Positions 1 to 14,300 of a stretch of DNA of 64,000 bases are shown piece by piece. Each line of letters starts with the position of its first letter. The first letter of the stretch is position 1. The notes beneath the pieces were generated by a model. The model searched no databases, was not told where the DNA came from, and saw nothing but the letters and a program-made list of their open reading frames with translations. The position numbers were made by a program, and so were the translations under genes. Source of the DNA: Eledone cirrhosa (lineage: Eukaryota). Where the stretch lies: positions 198,047 to 262,046 of the forward strand of contig CAXHJY010000397.1 in NCBI GenBank assembly GCA_964016885.1. Direction: 5' to 3'.

Positions 1-3000
1 CTTAGGATAGCTTAGCTTAGCTTAGCTTAGGATAGCTTAGCTTAGCTTAGCTTAGGATAGCTTAGCTTAGCTTAGGATAGCTTAGCTTAGCTTACCTTAG
101 GATAGCTTAGCTTAGCTTAGCTTAGGATAGCTTAGCTTAGCTTAGCTTAGGATAGCTTAGCTTAGCTTAGGATAGCTTAGCTTAGCTTAGCTTAGGATAG
201 CTTAGCTTAGCTTAGCTTAGGATTACTTAGCTTAGCTTAGCTTAGCTTAGGATAGCTTAGCTTAGGATAGCTTAGCTTAGCTTAGCTTAGGATAGCTTAG
301 CTTAGCTTAGCTTAGGATAGCTAAGCTTAGCTTAGGATAGCTTAGCTTAGCTTAGCTTAGGATAGCTTAGCTTAGCTTAGCTTAGCTTAGCTTAGGACAG
401 CTTAGCTTAGCTTAGCTTAGGATAGCTTAGCTTAGCTTAGCTTAGGATAGCTTAGCTTAGCTTAGCTTAGTATAGCTTAGCTTAGCTTAGGATAGCTTAG
501 GATAGCTTAGCTTAGGATAGCTTAGGATAGCTTAGCTTAGGATAGCTTAGGATAGCTTAGCTTAGGATAGCTTAGCTTAGGATAGCTTAGCTTAGCTTAG
601 CTTAGGATAGCTTAGCTTGGGATAGCTTAGGATAGCTTAGCTTAGGAAAGCTTAGCTTAGGAGAGCTTAGCTTAGGATAGCTTAGGATAGCTTAGCTTAG
701 CTTAGCTTAGGATAGCTTAGCTTAGCTTAGCTTAGGATAGCTTAGCTTAGCTTAGGATAGCTTAGCTTAGCTTAGGATAGCTTAGCTTAGCTTAGCTTAG
801 GATAGCTTAGCTTAGCTTAGCTTAGGATAGCTTAGCTTAGCTTAGCTTAGGATAGCTTAGCTTAGCTTAGGATAGCTTAGCTTAGCTTAGGATAGCTTAG
901 CTTAGCTTAGGATAGCTTAGCTTAGGATAGTTTAGCTTAGGATAGCTTAGGATAGCTTAGCTTAGGATAGCTTAGGATAGCTTAGCTTAGGATAGCTTAG
1001 CTTAGCTTAGCTTAGGATAGCTTAGCTTAGCTTAGGTAGCTTAGCTTAGCTTAGCTTAGGATAGCTTAGCTTAGGATAGCTTAGGATAGCTTAGCTTAGC
1101 TTAGCTTAGGATAGCTTAGCATAGCTTAGGATAGCTTAGCTTAGCTTAGGTTAGCTTAGCTTAGCTTAGGATAGCTTAGCTTAGCTTAGCTTAGGATAGC
1201 TTAGCTTAGCTTAGCTTAGGATAGCTTAGCTTAGCTTAGCTTAGGATAGCTTAGCTTAGCTTAGCTTAGGATAGCTTAGCTTAGCTTAGCTTAGGATAGC
1301 TTAGCTTAGCTTAGCTTAGGATAGCTTAGCTTAGCTTAGCTTAGGATAGCTTAGCTTAGCTTAGTTTAGGATAGCTTAGCTTAGGATAGCTTAGCTTAGC
1401 TTAGGATAGCTTAGCTTAGCTTAGCTTAGGATAGCTTAGCTTAGCTTAGCTTAGGATAGCTCAGCTTAGCTTAGCTAAGGATAGCTTAGCTTAGCTTGGC
1501 TTAGGATAGCTTAGCTTAGCTTAGCTTAGGATAGCTTAGCTTAGCTTAGCTTAGGATAGCTTAGCTTAGCTTAGCTTAGGATAGCTTAGCTTAGCTTAGC
1601 TTAGGATAGCTTAGCTTAATTTAGGATAGCTTAGTTTAGCTTGGCTTAGGATAGCTTAGCTTAGCTTTGCTTAGGATAGCTTAGCTTAGGATAGCTTAGG
1701 ATAGCTTAGCTTAGCATAGCTTAGGATAGCTTAGCTTAGGATAGCTTAGCTTAGGATAGCTTAGGATAGCTTAGCTTAGGATAGCTTAGGATAGCTTAGC
1801 TTAGGATAGCTTAGCTTAGGATAGCTTAGCTTAGCTTAGATTAGGATAGCTTAGCTTAGCTTAGCTTAGGATAGCTTAGGATAGCTTAGCTTAGGATAGC
1901 TTAGGATAGCTTAGCTTAGGATAGCTTAGCTTAGGATAGCTTAGCTTAGGATAGCTTAGGATAGCTTAGCTTAGGATAGCTTAGCTTAGGATAGCTTAGG
2001 ATAGCTTAGCTTAGCTTAGGATAGCTTAGCTTAGCTTAGCTTATGATAGCTTAGCTTAGCTTAGCTTAGCTTAGGATAGCTTAGCTTAGCTTAGCTTAGG
2101 ATAGCTTAGGATAGCTTAGCTTAGGATAGCTTAGCTTAGCTTAGCTTAGGATAGCTTAGGATAGCTTAGCTTAGGAAAGCTTAGGATAGCTTAGCTTAGG
2201 ATAGCTTAGCTTAGGATAGCTTAGCTTAGCTTAGCTTAGGAGAGCTTAGCTTAGGAAAGCTTAGGATAGCTTAGCTTAGGATAGCTTAGCTTAGGATAGC
2301 TTAGGATAGCTTAGCTTAGCTTAGCTTAGGATAGCTTAGCTTAGCTTAGCTTAGGATAGCTTAGCTTAGCTTAGGATAGCTTAGCTTAGCTTACCTTAGG
2401 ATAGCTTAGCTTAGCTTAGCTTAGGATAGCTTAGCTTAGCTTAGCTTAGGATAGCTTAGCTTAGCTTAGGATAGCTTAGCTTAGCTTAGCTTAGGATAGC
2501 TTAGCTTAGGATAGCTTAGCTTAGGTTAGCTTAGCTTAGCTTAGCTTAGGATAGCTTAGGATAGCTTAGCTTAGGATAGCTTAGCTTAGCTTAGCTTAGG
2601 ATAGCTTAGCTTAGCTTAGGATAGCTTAGCTTAGGATAGCTTAGGATAGCTTAGCTTAGCTTAGCTTAGCTTAGGATAGCTTAGCTTAGCTTAGCTTAGG
2701 ATAGCTTAGCTTAGCTTAGGATAGCTTAGCTTAGCTTAGCTTAGGATAGCTTAGGATAGCTTAGGATAGCTTAGGATAGCTTAGCTTAGGATAGCTTAGC
2801 TTAGCTTAGCTTAGGATAGCTTAGCTTAGCTTAGCTTAGGATAGCTTAGCTTAGCTTAGGATAGCTTAGCTTAGCTTAGCTTAGGATAGCTTAGCTTAGC
2901 TTAGCTTAGGATAGCTTAGCTTAGCTTAGCTTAGGATAGCTTAGCTTAGCTTAACTTAGGATAGCTTAGCTTAGCTTAGCTTAGGATAGCTTAGCTTAGC

Positions 3001-3420
3001 TTAGGATAGCTTAGCTTAGCTTAGCTTAGGATAGCTTAGCTTAGCTTAGGATAGCTTAGCTTAGCTTAGCTTAGGAGAGCTTAGCTTAGCTTAGCTTAGG
3101 ATAGCTTAGCTTAGCTTAGCTTAGGATAGCTTAGCTTAGCTTAGCTTAGGATAGCTTAGCTTAGCTTAGCTTAGGATAGCTTAGCTTAGCTTAGCTTAGG
3201 ATAGCTTAGCTTAGCTTAGCTTAGGATAGCTTAGCTTAGCTTAGCTTAGGATAGCTTAGGATAGCTTACCTTAGGAGAGCTTAGCTTAGGATAGCTTAGC
3301 TTAGGATAGCTTAGGATAACTTAGCTTAGGATAGCTTAGCTTAGGATAGCTTAGCTTAGGATAGCTTAGCTTAGGATAGCTTAGGATAGCTTAGCTTAGC
3401 TTAGGATAGCTTAGCTTAGC
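1..3420. repeat. Segment with a dispersed near-identical copy at about 23872-27295
   Basis: Same ordered markers: CTTAC 91/23962 and GATTA 221/24092 (offset 23871); CTAAG 321/24197, GACAG 396/24272, GTAG 1036/24912, CTTAC 3265/27141 and GATAA 3315/27191 (offset 23876). Confidence 0.9.
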
Positions 3421-5699
3421 TTAGCTTAGGAGAGCTTAGCTTAGCTTAGCTTAGGATAGCTTAGGATAGCTTAGCTTAGGATAGCTTAGGATAGCTTACC
3501 TTAGGAGAGCTTAGCTTAGGATAGCTTAGCTTAGGATAGCTTAGCTTAGGATAGCTTAGGATAGCTTAGCTTAGCTTAGCTTAGGATAGCTTAGCTTAGC
3601 TTAGCTTAGGATAGCTTAGCTTAGGTTAGCTTAGCTTAGCTTAGCTTAGCTTAGGATAGCTTAGCTTAGGATAGCTTAGGATAGCTTAGGATAGCTTAGC
3701 TTAGGATAGCTTAGCTTAGGATAGCTTAGGATAGCTTAGCTTAGGATAGCTTAGGATAGCTTAGCTTAGGATAGCTTAGCTTAGGATAGCTTAGGATAGC
3801 TTAGCTTAGCTTAGCTTAGGATAGCTTAGCTTAGCTTAGCTTAGGATAGCTTAGCTTAGCTTAGGATAGCTTAGCTTAGCTTAGCTTAGGATAGCTTAGG
3901 ATAGCTTAGCTTAGGATAGCTTAGGATAGCTTAGCTTAGGATAGCTTAGGATAGCTTAGGATAGCTTAGCTTAGCTTAGCTTAGGATAGCTTAGCTTAGC
4001 TTAGCTTAGGATAGCTTAGCTTAGCTTAGCTTAGGATAGCTTAGCTTAGCTTAGGATAGCTTAGCTTAGCTTAGCTTAGGATAGCTTAGCTTAGCTTAGC
4101 TTAGGACAGCTTAGCTTAGCTTAGCTTAGGATAGCTTAGCTTAGCTTAGGATAGCTTAGCTTAGCTTAGCTTAGGATAGCTTAGCTTAGCTTAGCTTAGG
4201 ATAGCTTAGCTTAGGATAGCTTAGCTTAGGATAGCTTAGCTTAGGTTAGCTTAGCTTAGCTTAGCTTAGGATAGCTTAGGATAGCTTAGCTTAGGATAGC
4301 TTAGCTTAGCTTAGCTTAGGATAGCTTAGCTTAGCTTAGCTTAGGATAGCTTAGCTTAGCTTAGCTTAGGATAGCTTAGCTTAGCTTAGCTTAGGATAGC
4401 TTAGCTTAGGATAGCTTAGGATAGCTTAGCTTAGCTTAGGATAGCTTAGCTTAGCTTAGCTTAGGATAGCTTAGCTTAGCTTAGGATAGCTTAGCTTAGC
4501 TTAGCTTAGGATAGCTTAGCTTAGCTTAGCTTAGGATAGCTTAGCTTAGCTTAGCTTAGGATAGCTTAGGATAGCTTAGGATAGCTTAGCTTAGCTTAGC
4601 TTAGGATAGCTTAGCTTAGCTTAGCTTAGGATAGATTAGCTTAGCTTAGCTTAGGATAGCTTAGCTTAGCTTAGGATAGCTTAGCTTAGCTTAGCTTAGG
4701 ATAGCTTAGCTTAGCTTAGCTTAGGATAGCTTAGCTTAGCTTAGCTTAGGATAGATTAGCTTAGCTTAGGATAGCTTAGCTTAGCTTAGCTTAGGAAAGC
4801 TTAGCTTAGCTTAGGATAGCTTAGCTTTGCTTAGCTTAGGATAGCTTAGGATAGCTTAGCTTAGGATAGCTTAGGATAGCTTAGCTTAGGATAGCTTAGG
4901 ATAGCTTAGGTTAGGATAGCTTAGCTTAGGATAGCTTAGGATAGCTTAGCTTAGGATAGCTTAGGATAGCTTAGCTTAGGATAGCTTAGGATAGCTTAGC
5001 TTAGGATAGCTTAGCTTAGGATAGCTTAGGAAAGCTTAGCTTAGCTTAGCTTAGGATAGCTTAGCTTAGCTTAGCTTAGGATAGCTTAGCTTAGCTTAGC
5101 TTAGGATAGCTTAGGATAGCTTAGCTTAGGATAGCTTAGGATAGCTTAGCTTAGGATAGCTTAGCTTAGGATAGCTTAGCTTAGGATAGCTTAGGATAGC
5201 TTAGCTTAGGATAGCTTAGCTTAGGATAGCTTAGGATAGCTTAGCTTAGCTTAGCTTAGGATAGCTTAGCTTAGCTTAGCTTAGGATAGCTTAGCTTAGC
5301 TTAGCTTAGCTTAGGATAGCTTAGCTTAGCTTAGGATAGCTTAGGATAGCTTAGCTTAGGATAGCTTAGGATAGCTTAGCTTAGGATAGCTTAGGATAGC
5401 TTAGCTTAGGATAGCTTAGGATAGCTTAGCTTAGGATAGCTTAGCTTAGGATAGCTTAGCTTAGCTTAGCTTAGGATAGCTTAGCTTAGGATAGCTTAGG
5501 ATAGCTTAGCTTAGGATAGCTTATCTTAGGATAGCTTAGGATAGCTTAGCTTAGCTTAGCTTAGGATAGCTTAGCTTAGCTTAGCTTAGGATAGCTTAGC
5601 TTAGCTTAGGATAGCTTAGCTTAGCTTAGCTTAGGATAGCTTAGCTTAGCTTAGCTTAGGATAGCTTAGCTTAGCTTAGCTTAGGATAGCTTAGCTTAG

Positions 5700-8600
5700 G
5701 ATAGCTTAGCTTAGGATAGCTTAGCTTAGGTTAGCTTAGCTTAGCTTAGCTTAGGATAGCTTAGGATAGCTTAGCCTAGGATAGCTTAGCTTAGCTTAGC
5801 TTAGGATAGCTTAGCTTAGTTTAGCTTAGGATAGCTTAGCTTAGCTTAGCTTAGGATAGCTTAGCTTAGGATAGCTTAGGATTGCTTAGCTTAGCTTAGC
5901 TTAGGATAGCTTAGCTTAGCTTAGCTTAGGATAGCTTAGCTTAGCTTAGGATAGCTTAGCTTAGCTTAGCTTAGGATAGCTTAGCTTAGCTTAGCTTAGG
6001 ATAGCTTAGCTTAGCTTAGCTTAGGATAGCTTAGGATAGCTTAGGATAGCTTAGCTTTGCTTAGCTTAGGATAGCTTAGCTTAGCTTAGCTTAGGATAGC
6101 TTAGCTTAGCTTAGCTTAGGATAGCTTAGCTTAGCTTAGGATAGCTTAGCTTAGCTTAGCTTAGGATAGCTTAGCTTAGCTTAGCTTAGGATAGCTTAGC
6201 TTAGCTTAGCTTAGGATAGCTTAGCTTAGCTTAGCTTAGAATAGATTAGCTTAGCTTAGGATAGCTTAGCTTAGCTTAGCTTAGGAAAGCTTAGCTTAGC
6301 TTAGGATAGCTTAGTTTAGCTTAGCTTAGGAGAGCTTAGCTTAGCTTAGGATAGCTTAGCTTAGCTTAGCTTAGGATAGCTTAGCTTAGCTTAGCTTAGG
6401 TAGCTTAGCTTAGCTTAGCTTAGGATAGCTTAGCTTAGCTTAGCTTAGCTTAGGATAGCTTAGCTTAGCTTAGCTTAGGAGAGCTTAGCTTAGCTTAGCT
6501 TAGGATAGCTTAGGATAGCTTAGCTTAGGATAGCTTAGGATAGCTTACCTTAGGAGAGCTTAGCTTAGGATAGCTTAGCTTAGGATAGCTTAGGATAGCT
6601 TAGCTTAGGATAGCTTAGCTTAGGATAGCTTAGCTTAGGATAGCTTAGGATAGCTTAGCTTAGCTTAGCTTAGGATAGCTTAGCTTAGCTTAGCTTAGGA
6701 TAGCTTAGCTTAGGTTAGCTTAGCTTAGCTTAGCTTAGCTTAGGATAGCTTAGCTTAGGATAGCTTAGGATAGCTTAGCTTAGGATAGCTTAGGATAGCT
6801 TAGCTTAGGAGAGCTTAGCTTAGGATAGCTTAGGATAGCTTAGCTTAGGATAGCTTAGGATAGCTTAGCTTAGGATAGCTTAGCTTAGGATAGCTTAGGA
6901 TAGCTTAGCTTAGCTTAGCTTAGGATAGCTTAGCTTAGCTTAGCTTAGGATAGCTTAGCTTAGCTTAGCTTAGGATAGCTTAGCTTAGCTTAGCTTAGGA
7001 TAGCTTAGGATAGCTTAGCTTAGGATAGCTTAGGATAGCTTAGCTTAGGATAGCTTAGGATAGCTTAGGATAGCTTAGCTTAGCTTAGCTTAGGATAGCT
7101 TAGCTTAGCTTAGCTTAGGATAGCTTAGCTTAGCTTAGCTTAGGATAGCTTAGCTTAGCTTAGGATAGCTTAGCTTAGCTTAGCTTAGGATAGCTTAGCT
7201 TAGCTTAGGACAGCTTAGCTTAGCTTAGCTTAGGATAGCTTAGCTTAGCTTAGGATAGCTTAGCTTAGCTTAGCTTAGGATAGCTTAGCTTAGCTTAGGA
7301 TAGCTTAGCTTAGGATAGCTTAGCTTAGGATAGCTTAGCTTAGGTTAGCTTAGCTTAGCTTAGCTTAGGATAGCTTAGGATAGCTTAGCTTAGGATAGCT
7401 TAGCTTAGCTTAGCTTAGGATAGCTTAGCTTAGCTTAGCTTAGGATAGCTTAGCTTAGCTTAGCTTAGGATAGCTTAGCTTAGCTTAGCTTAGGATAGCT
7501 TAGCTTAGGATAGCTTAGGATAGCTTAGCTTAGCTTAGCTTAGGATAGCTTAGCTTAGCTTAGCTTAGGATAGCTTAGCTTAGCTTAGGATAGCTTAGCT
7601 TAGCTTAGCTTAGGATAGCTTAGCTTAGCTTAGCTTAGGATAGCTTAGCTTAGCTTAGCTTAGGATAGCTTAGGATAGCTTAGGATAGCTTAGCTTAGCT
7701 TAGCTTAGGATAGCTTAGCTTAGCTTAGCTTAGGATAGCTTAGCTTAGCTTAGCTTAGGATAGCTTAGCTTAGCTTAGGATAGCTTAGCTTAGCTTAGCT
7801 TAGGATAGCTTAGCTTAGCTTAGCTTAGGATAGCTTAGCTTAGCTTAGCTTAGGATAGCTTAGCTTAGCTTAGGATAGCTTAGCTTAGCTTAGCTTAGGA
7901 TAGCTTAGCTTAGGATAGCTTAGGATAGCTTAGCTTAGGATAGCTTAGCTTAGGATAGCTTAGGATAGCTTAGCTTAGCTTAGCTTAGGATAGCTTAGCT
8001 TAGCTTAGCTTAGGATAGCTTAGCTTAGCTTAGGATAGCTTAGCTTAGCTTAGCTTAGGATAGCTTAGCTTAGCTTAGCTTAGGATAGCTTAGGATAGCT
8101 TAGCTTAGCTTAGCTTAGGATAGCTTAGCTTAGCTTAGCTTAGGATAGCTTAGCTTAGCTTAGCTTAGGATAGCTTAGCTTAGGATAGCTTAGCTTAGGA
8201 TAGCTTAGCTTAGGTTAGCTTAGCTTAGCTTAGCTTAGGATAGCTTAGGATAGCTTAGCTTAGGATAGCTTAGCTTAGCTTAGCTTAGGATAGCTTAGCT
8301 TAGCTTAGCTTAGGATAGCTTAGCTTAGGATAGCTTAGGATTGCTTAGCTTAGCTTAGCTTAGGATAGCTTAGCTTAGCTTAGCTTAGGATAGCTTAGCT
8401 TAGCTTAGGATAGCTTAGCTTAGCTTAGCTTAGGATAGCTTAGCTTAGCTTAGCTTAGGATAGCTTAGCTTAGCTTAGCTTAGGATAGCTTAGGATAGCT
8501 TAGGATAGCTTAGCTTAGCTTAGCTTAGGATAGCTTAGCTTAGGATAGCTTAGGATAGCTTAGCTTAGCTTAGGATAGCTTAGCTTAGCTTAGCTTAGGA

Positions 8601-11300
8601 TAGCTTAGCTTAGCTTAGGATAGCTTAGCTTAGCTTAGCTTAGGATAGCTTAGCTTAGCTTAGGATAGCTTAGCTTAGCTTAGCTTAGGATAGCTTAGCT
8701 TAGGATAGCTTAGCTTAGGATAGCTTAGCTTAGGTTAGCTTAGCTTAGCTTAGCTTAGGATAGCTTAGGATAGCTTAGCTTAGGATAGCTTAGCTTAGCT
8801 TAGCTTAGGATAGCTTAGCTTAGTTTAGCTTAGGATAGCTTAGCTTAGCTTAGCTTAGGATAGCTTAGCTTAGGATAGCTTAGGATTGCTTAGCTTAGCT
8901 TAGCTTAGGATAGCTTAGCTTAGCTTAGCTTAGGATAGCTTAGCTTAGCTTAGGATAGCTTAGCTTAGCTTAGCTTAGGATAGCTTAGCTTAGCTTAGCT
9001 TAGGATAGCTTAGCTTAGCTTAGCTTAGGATAGCTTAGGATAGCTTAGGATAGCTTAGCTTTGCTTAGCTTAGGATAGCTTAGCTTAGCTTAGCTTAGGA
9101 TAGCTTAGCTTAGCTTAGCTTAGGATAGCTTAGCTTAGCTTAGGATAGCTTAGCTTAGCTTAGCTTAGCTTAGGATAGCTTAGCTTAGCTTAGCTTAGGA
9201 TAGCTTAGCTTAGCTTAGCTTAGGATAGCTTAGCTTAGCTTAGCTTAGGATAGATTAGCTTAGCTTAGGATAGCTTAGCTTAGCTTAGCTTAGGAAAGCT
9301 TAGCTTAGCTTAGGATAGCTTAGTTTAGCTTAGCTTAGGAGAGCTTAGCTTAGCTTAGGATAGCTTAGCTTAGCTTAGCTTAGGATAGCTTAGCTTAGCT
9401 TAGCTTAGGTAGCTTAGCTTAGCTTAGCTTAGGATAGCTTAGCTTAGCTTAGCTTAGCTTAGGATAGCTTAGCTTAGCTTAGCTTAGGAGAGCTTAGCTT
9501 AGCTTAGCTTAGGATAGCTTAGGATAGCTTAGCTTAAGATAGCTTAGGATAGCTTACCTTAGGAGAGCTTAGCTTAGGATAGCTTAGCTTAGGATAGCTT
9601 AGGATAGCTTAGCTTAGGATAGCTTAGCTTAGGATAGCTTAGCTTAGGATAGCTTAGCTTAGCTTAGCTTAGGATAGCTTAGCTTAGCTTAGCTTAGGAT
9701 AGCTTAGCTTAGGTTAGCTTAGCTTAGCTTAGCTTAGCTTAGGATAGCTTAGCTTAGGATAGCTTAGGATAGCTTAGCTTAGGATAGCTTAGGATAGCTT
9801 AGCTTAGGAGAGCTTAGCTTAGGATAGCTTAGGATAGCTTAGCTTAGGATAGCTTAGGATAGCTTAGCTTAGGATAGCTTAGCTTAGGATAGCTTAGGAT
9901 AGCTTAGCTTAGCTTAGCTTAGGATAGCTTAGCTTAGCTTAGCTTAGGATAGCTTAGCTTAGCTTAGCTTAGGATAGCTTAGCTTAGCTTAGCTTAGGAT
10001 AGCTTAGGATAGCTTAGCTTAGGTTAGCTTAGGATAGCTTAGCTTAGGATAGCTTAGGATAGCTTAGGATAGCTTAGCTTAGCTTAGCTTAGGATAGCTT
10101 AGCTTAGCTTAGCTTAGGATAGCTTAGCTTAGCTTAGCTTAGGATAGCTTAGCTTAGCTTAGGATAGCTTAGCTTAGCTTAGCTTAGGATAGCTTAGCTT
10201 AGCTTAGCTTAGGACAGCTTAGCTTAGCTTAGCTTAGGATAGCTTAGCTTAGCTTAGGATAGCTTAGCTTAGCTTAGCTTAGGATAGCTTAGCTTAGCTT
10301 AGCTTAGGATAGCTTAGCTTAGGATAGCTTAGCTTAGGATAGCTTAGCTTAGGTTAGCTTAGCTTAGCTTAGCTTAGGATAGCTTAGGATAGCTTAGCTT
10401 AGGATAGCTTAGCTTAGCTTAGCTTAGGATAGCTTAGCTTAGCTTAGCTTAGGATAGCTTAGCTTAGCTTAGCTTAGGATAGCTTAGCTTAGCTTAGCTT
10501 AGGATAGCTTAGCTTAGGATAGCTTAGGATAGCTTAGCTTAGCTTAGCTTAGGATAGCTTAGCTTAGCTTAGCTTAGGATAGCTTAGCTTAGCTTAGGAT
10601 AGCTTAGCTTAGCTTAGCTTAGGATAGCTTAGCTTAGCTTAGCTTAGGATAGCTTAGCTTAGCTTAGCTTAGGATAGCTTAGGATAGCTTAGGATAGCTT
10701 AGCTTAGCTTAGCTTAGGATAGCTTAGCTTAGCTTAGCTTAGGATAGCTTAGCTTAGCTTAGCTTAGGATAGCTTAGCTTAGCTTAGGATAGCTTAGCTT
10801 AGCTTAGCTTAGGATAGCTTAGCTTAGCTTAGCTTAGGATAGCTTAGCTTAGCTTAGCTTAGGATAGCTTAGCTTAGCTTAGGATAGCTTAGCTTAGCTT
10901 AGCTTAGGATAGCTTAGCTTAGGATAGCTTAGGATAGCTTAGCTTAGGATAGCTTAGCTTAGGATAGCTTAGGATAGCTTAGCTTAGCTTAGCTTAGGAT
11001 AGCTTAGCTTAGCTTAGCTTAGGATAGCTTAGCTTAGCTTAGGATAGCTTAGCTTAGCTTAGCTTAGGATAGCTTAGCTTAGCTTAGCTTAGGATAGCTT
11101 AGGATAGCTTAGCTTAGCTTAGCTTAGGATAGCTTAGCTTAGCTTAGCTTAGGATAGCTTAGCTTAGCTTAGCTTAGGATAGCTTAGCTTAGCTTAGGAT
11201 AGCTTAGCTTAGCTTAGCTTAGGATAGCTTAGCTTAGCTTAGCTTAGGATAGCTTAGCTTAGGATAGCTTAGGATAGCTTAGCTTAGCTTAGCTTAGGAT
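5700..11300. repeat. Approximately 3.0 kb tandem higher-order duplication
   Basis: GATTG 5880/8884, CTTTG 6055/9059 and GACAG 7209/10213 (offset 3004); GTAG 6400/9409 (offset 3009). Confidence 0.8.
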
Positions 11301-11329
11301 AGCTTAGCTTAGCTTAGGATAGCTTAGCT

Positions 11330-14300
11330 TAGCTTAGCTTAGGATAGCTTAGCTTAGGATAGCTTAGCTTAGCTTAGTTTAGGATAGCTTAGCTTAGGAT
11401 AGCTTAGCTTAGCTTAGGATAGCTTAGCTTAGCTTAGCTTAGGATAGCTTAGCTTAGCTTAGCTTAGGATAGCTTAGCTTAGCTTAGCTTAGGATAGCTT
11501 AGCTTAACTTGGCTTAGGATAGCTTAGCTTAGCTTAGCTTAGGATAGCTTAGCTTAGCTTAGCTTAGGATAGCTTAGCTTAGCTTAGGATAGCTTAGCTT
11601 AATTTAGGATAGCTTAGCTTAGCTTGGCTTAGGATAGCTTAGCTTAGCTTAGCTTAGGATAGCTTAGGATAGCTTAGGATAGCTTAGCTTTGCTTAGCTT
11701 AGGATAGCTTAGCTTAGCTTAGCTTAGGATAGCTTAGCTTAGCTTAGCTTAGGATAGCTTAGCTTAGCTTAGGATAGCTTAGCTTAGCTTAGCTTAGGAT
11801 AGCTTAGCTTAGCTTAGCTTAGGATAGCTTAGCTTAGCTTAGCTTAGGATAGCTTAGCTTAGCTTAGCTTAGGATAGATTAGCTTAGCTTAGGATAGCTT
11901 AGCTTAGCTTAGCTTAGGAAAGCTTAGCTTAGCTTAGGATAGCTTAGTTTAGCTTAGCTTAGGAGAGCTTAGCTTAGCTTAGGATAGCTTAGCTTAGCTT
12001 AGCTTAGGATAGCTTAGCTTAGCTTAGCTTAGGTAGCTTAGCTTAGCTTAGCTTAGGATAGCTTAGCTTAGCTTAGCTTAGCTTAGGATAGCTTAGCTTA
12101 GCTTAGCTTAGGAGAGCTTAGCTTAGCTTAGCTTAGGATAGCTTAGGATAGCTTAGCTTAGGATAGCTTAGGATAGCTTACCTTAGGAGAGCTTAGCTTA
12201 GGATAGCTTAGCTTAGGATAGCTTAGGATAGCTTAGCTTAGGATAGCTTAGCTTAGGATAGCTTAGCTTAGGATAGCTTAGGATAGCTTAGCTTAGCTTA
12301 GCTTAGGATAGCTTAGCTTAGCTTAGCTTAGGATAGCTTAGCTTAGGTTAGCTTAGCTTAGCTTAGCTTAGCTTAGGATAGCTTAGCTTAGGATAGCTTA
12401 GGATAGCTTAGGATAGCTTAGCTTAGGATAGCTTAGCTTAGGATAGCTTAGGATAGCTTAGCTTAGGATAGCTTAGGATAGCTTAGCTTAGGATAGCTTA
12501 GCTTAGGATAGCTTAGGATAGCTTAGCTTAGCTTAGCTTAGGATAGCTTAGCTTAGCTTAGCTTAGGATAGCTTAGCTTAGCTTAGGATAGCTTAGCTTA
12601 GCTTAGCTTAGGATAGCTTAGGATAGCTTAGCTTAGGATAGCTTAGGATAGCTTAGCTTAGGATAGCTTAGGATAGCTTAGGATAGCTTAGCTTAGCTTA
12701 GCTTAGGATAGCTTAGCTTAGCTTAGCTTAGGATAGCTTAGCTTAGCTTAGCTTAGGATAGCTTAGCTTAGCTTAGGATAGCTTAGCTTAGCTTAGCTTA
12801 GGATAGCTTAGCTTAGCTTAGCTTAGGACAGCTTAGCTTAGCTTAGCTTAGGATAGCTTAGCTTAGCTTAGGATAGCTTAGCTTAGCTTAGCTTAGGATA
12901 GCTTAGCTTAGCTTAGCTTAGGATAGCTTAGCTTAGGATAGCTTAGCTTAGGATAGCTTAGCTTAGGTTAGCTTAGCTTAGCTTAGGATAGCTTAGGATA
13001 GCTTAGCTTAGGATAGCTTAGCTTAGCTTAGCTTAGCATAGCTTAGCTTAGCTTAGCTTAGGATAGCTTAGCTTAGCTTAGCTTAGGATAGCTTAGCTTA
13101 GCTTAGCTTAGGATAGCTTAGCTTAGGATAGCTTAGGATAGCTTAGCTTAGCTTAGGATAGCTTAGCTTAGCTTAGCTTAGGATAGCTTAGCTTAGCTTA
13201 GGATAGCTTAGCTTAGCTTAGCTTAGGATAGCTTAGCTTAGCTTAGCTTAGGATAGCTTAGCTTAGCTTAGCTTAGGATAGCTTAGGATAGCTTAGGATA
13301 GCTTAGCTTAGCTTAGCTTAGGATAGCTTAGCTTAGCTTAGCTTAGGATAGCTTAGCTTAGCTTAGCTTAGGATAGCTTAGCTTAGCTTAGGATAGCTTA
13401 GCTTAGCTTAGCTTAGGATAGCTTAGCTTAGCTTAGCTTAGGATAGCTTAGCTTAGCTTAGCTTAGGATAGATTAGCTTAGCTTAGGATAGCTTAGCTTA
13501 GCTTAGCTTAGGAAAGCTTAGCTTAGCTTAGGATAGCTTAGCTTTGCTTAGCTTAGGATAGCTTAGGATAGCTTAGCTTAGGATAGCTTAGGATAGCTTA
13601 GCTTAGGATAGCTTAGGATAGCTTAGGTTAGGATAGCTTAGCTTAGGATAGCTTAGGATAGCTTAGCTTAGCTTAGCTTAGGATAGCTTAGCATAGCTTA
13701 GGATAGCTTAGCTTAGCTTAGGATAGCTTAGCTTAGCTTAGGATAGCTTAGCTTAGCTTAGCTTAGGATAGCTTAGCTTAGCTTAGCTTAGGATAGCTTA
13801 GCTTAGCTTAGCTTAGGATAGCTTAGGATAGCTTAGCCTAGCTTAGCTTAGGATAGCTTAGCTTAGCTTAGCTTAGGATAGCTTAGCTTAGCTTAGGATA
13901 GCTTAGCTTAGCTTAGCTTAGGATAGCTTAGCTTAGGATAGCTTAGCTTAGCTTAGTTTAGGATAGCTTAGCTTAGGATAGCTTAGCTTAGCTTAGGATA
14001 GCTTAGCTTAGCTTAGCTTAGGATAGCTTAGCTTAGCTTAGCTTAGGATAGCTTAGCTTAGCTTAGCTTAGGATAGCTTAGCTTAGCTTGGCTTAGGATA
14101 GCTTAGCTTAGCTTAGCTTAGGATAGCTTAGCTTAGCTTAGCTTAGGATAGCTTAGCTTAGCTTAGGATAGCTTAGCTTAATTTAGGATAGCTTAGCTTA
14201 GCTTGGCTTAGGATAGCTTAGCTTAGCTTAGCTTAGGATAGCTTAGGATAGCTTAGGATAGCTTAGCTTTGCTTAGCTTAGGATAGCTTAGCTTAGCTTA

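Noticed and set aside
321-325. CTAAG units as signs of strand inversion
   Set aside because: They are isolated T-to-A substitutions; no run of CTAAG/CTATC units was seen.
2040-2060. ATG created by the CTTAT-GATAG variant (also ~16468, ~25918 and elsewhere)
   Set aside because: It reads ATG ATA GCT TAG and stops after three codons; a point variant only.
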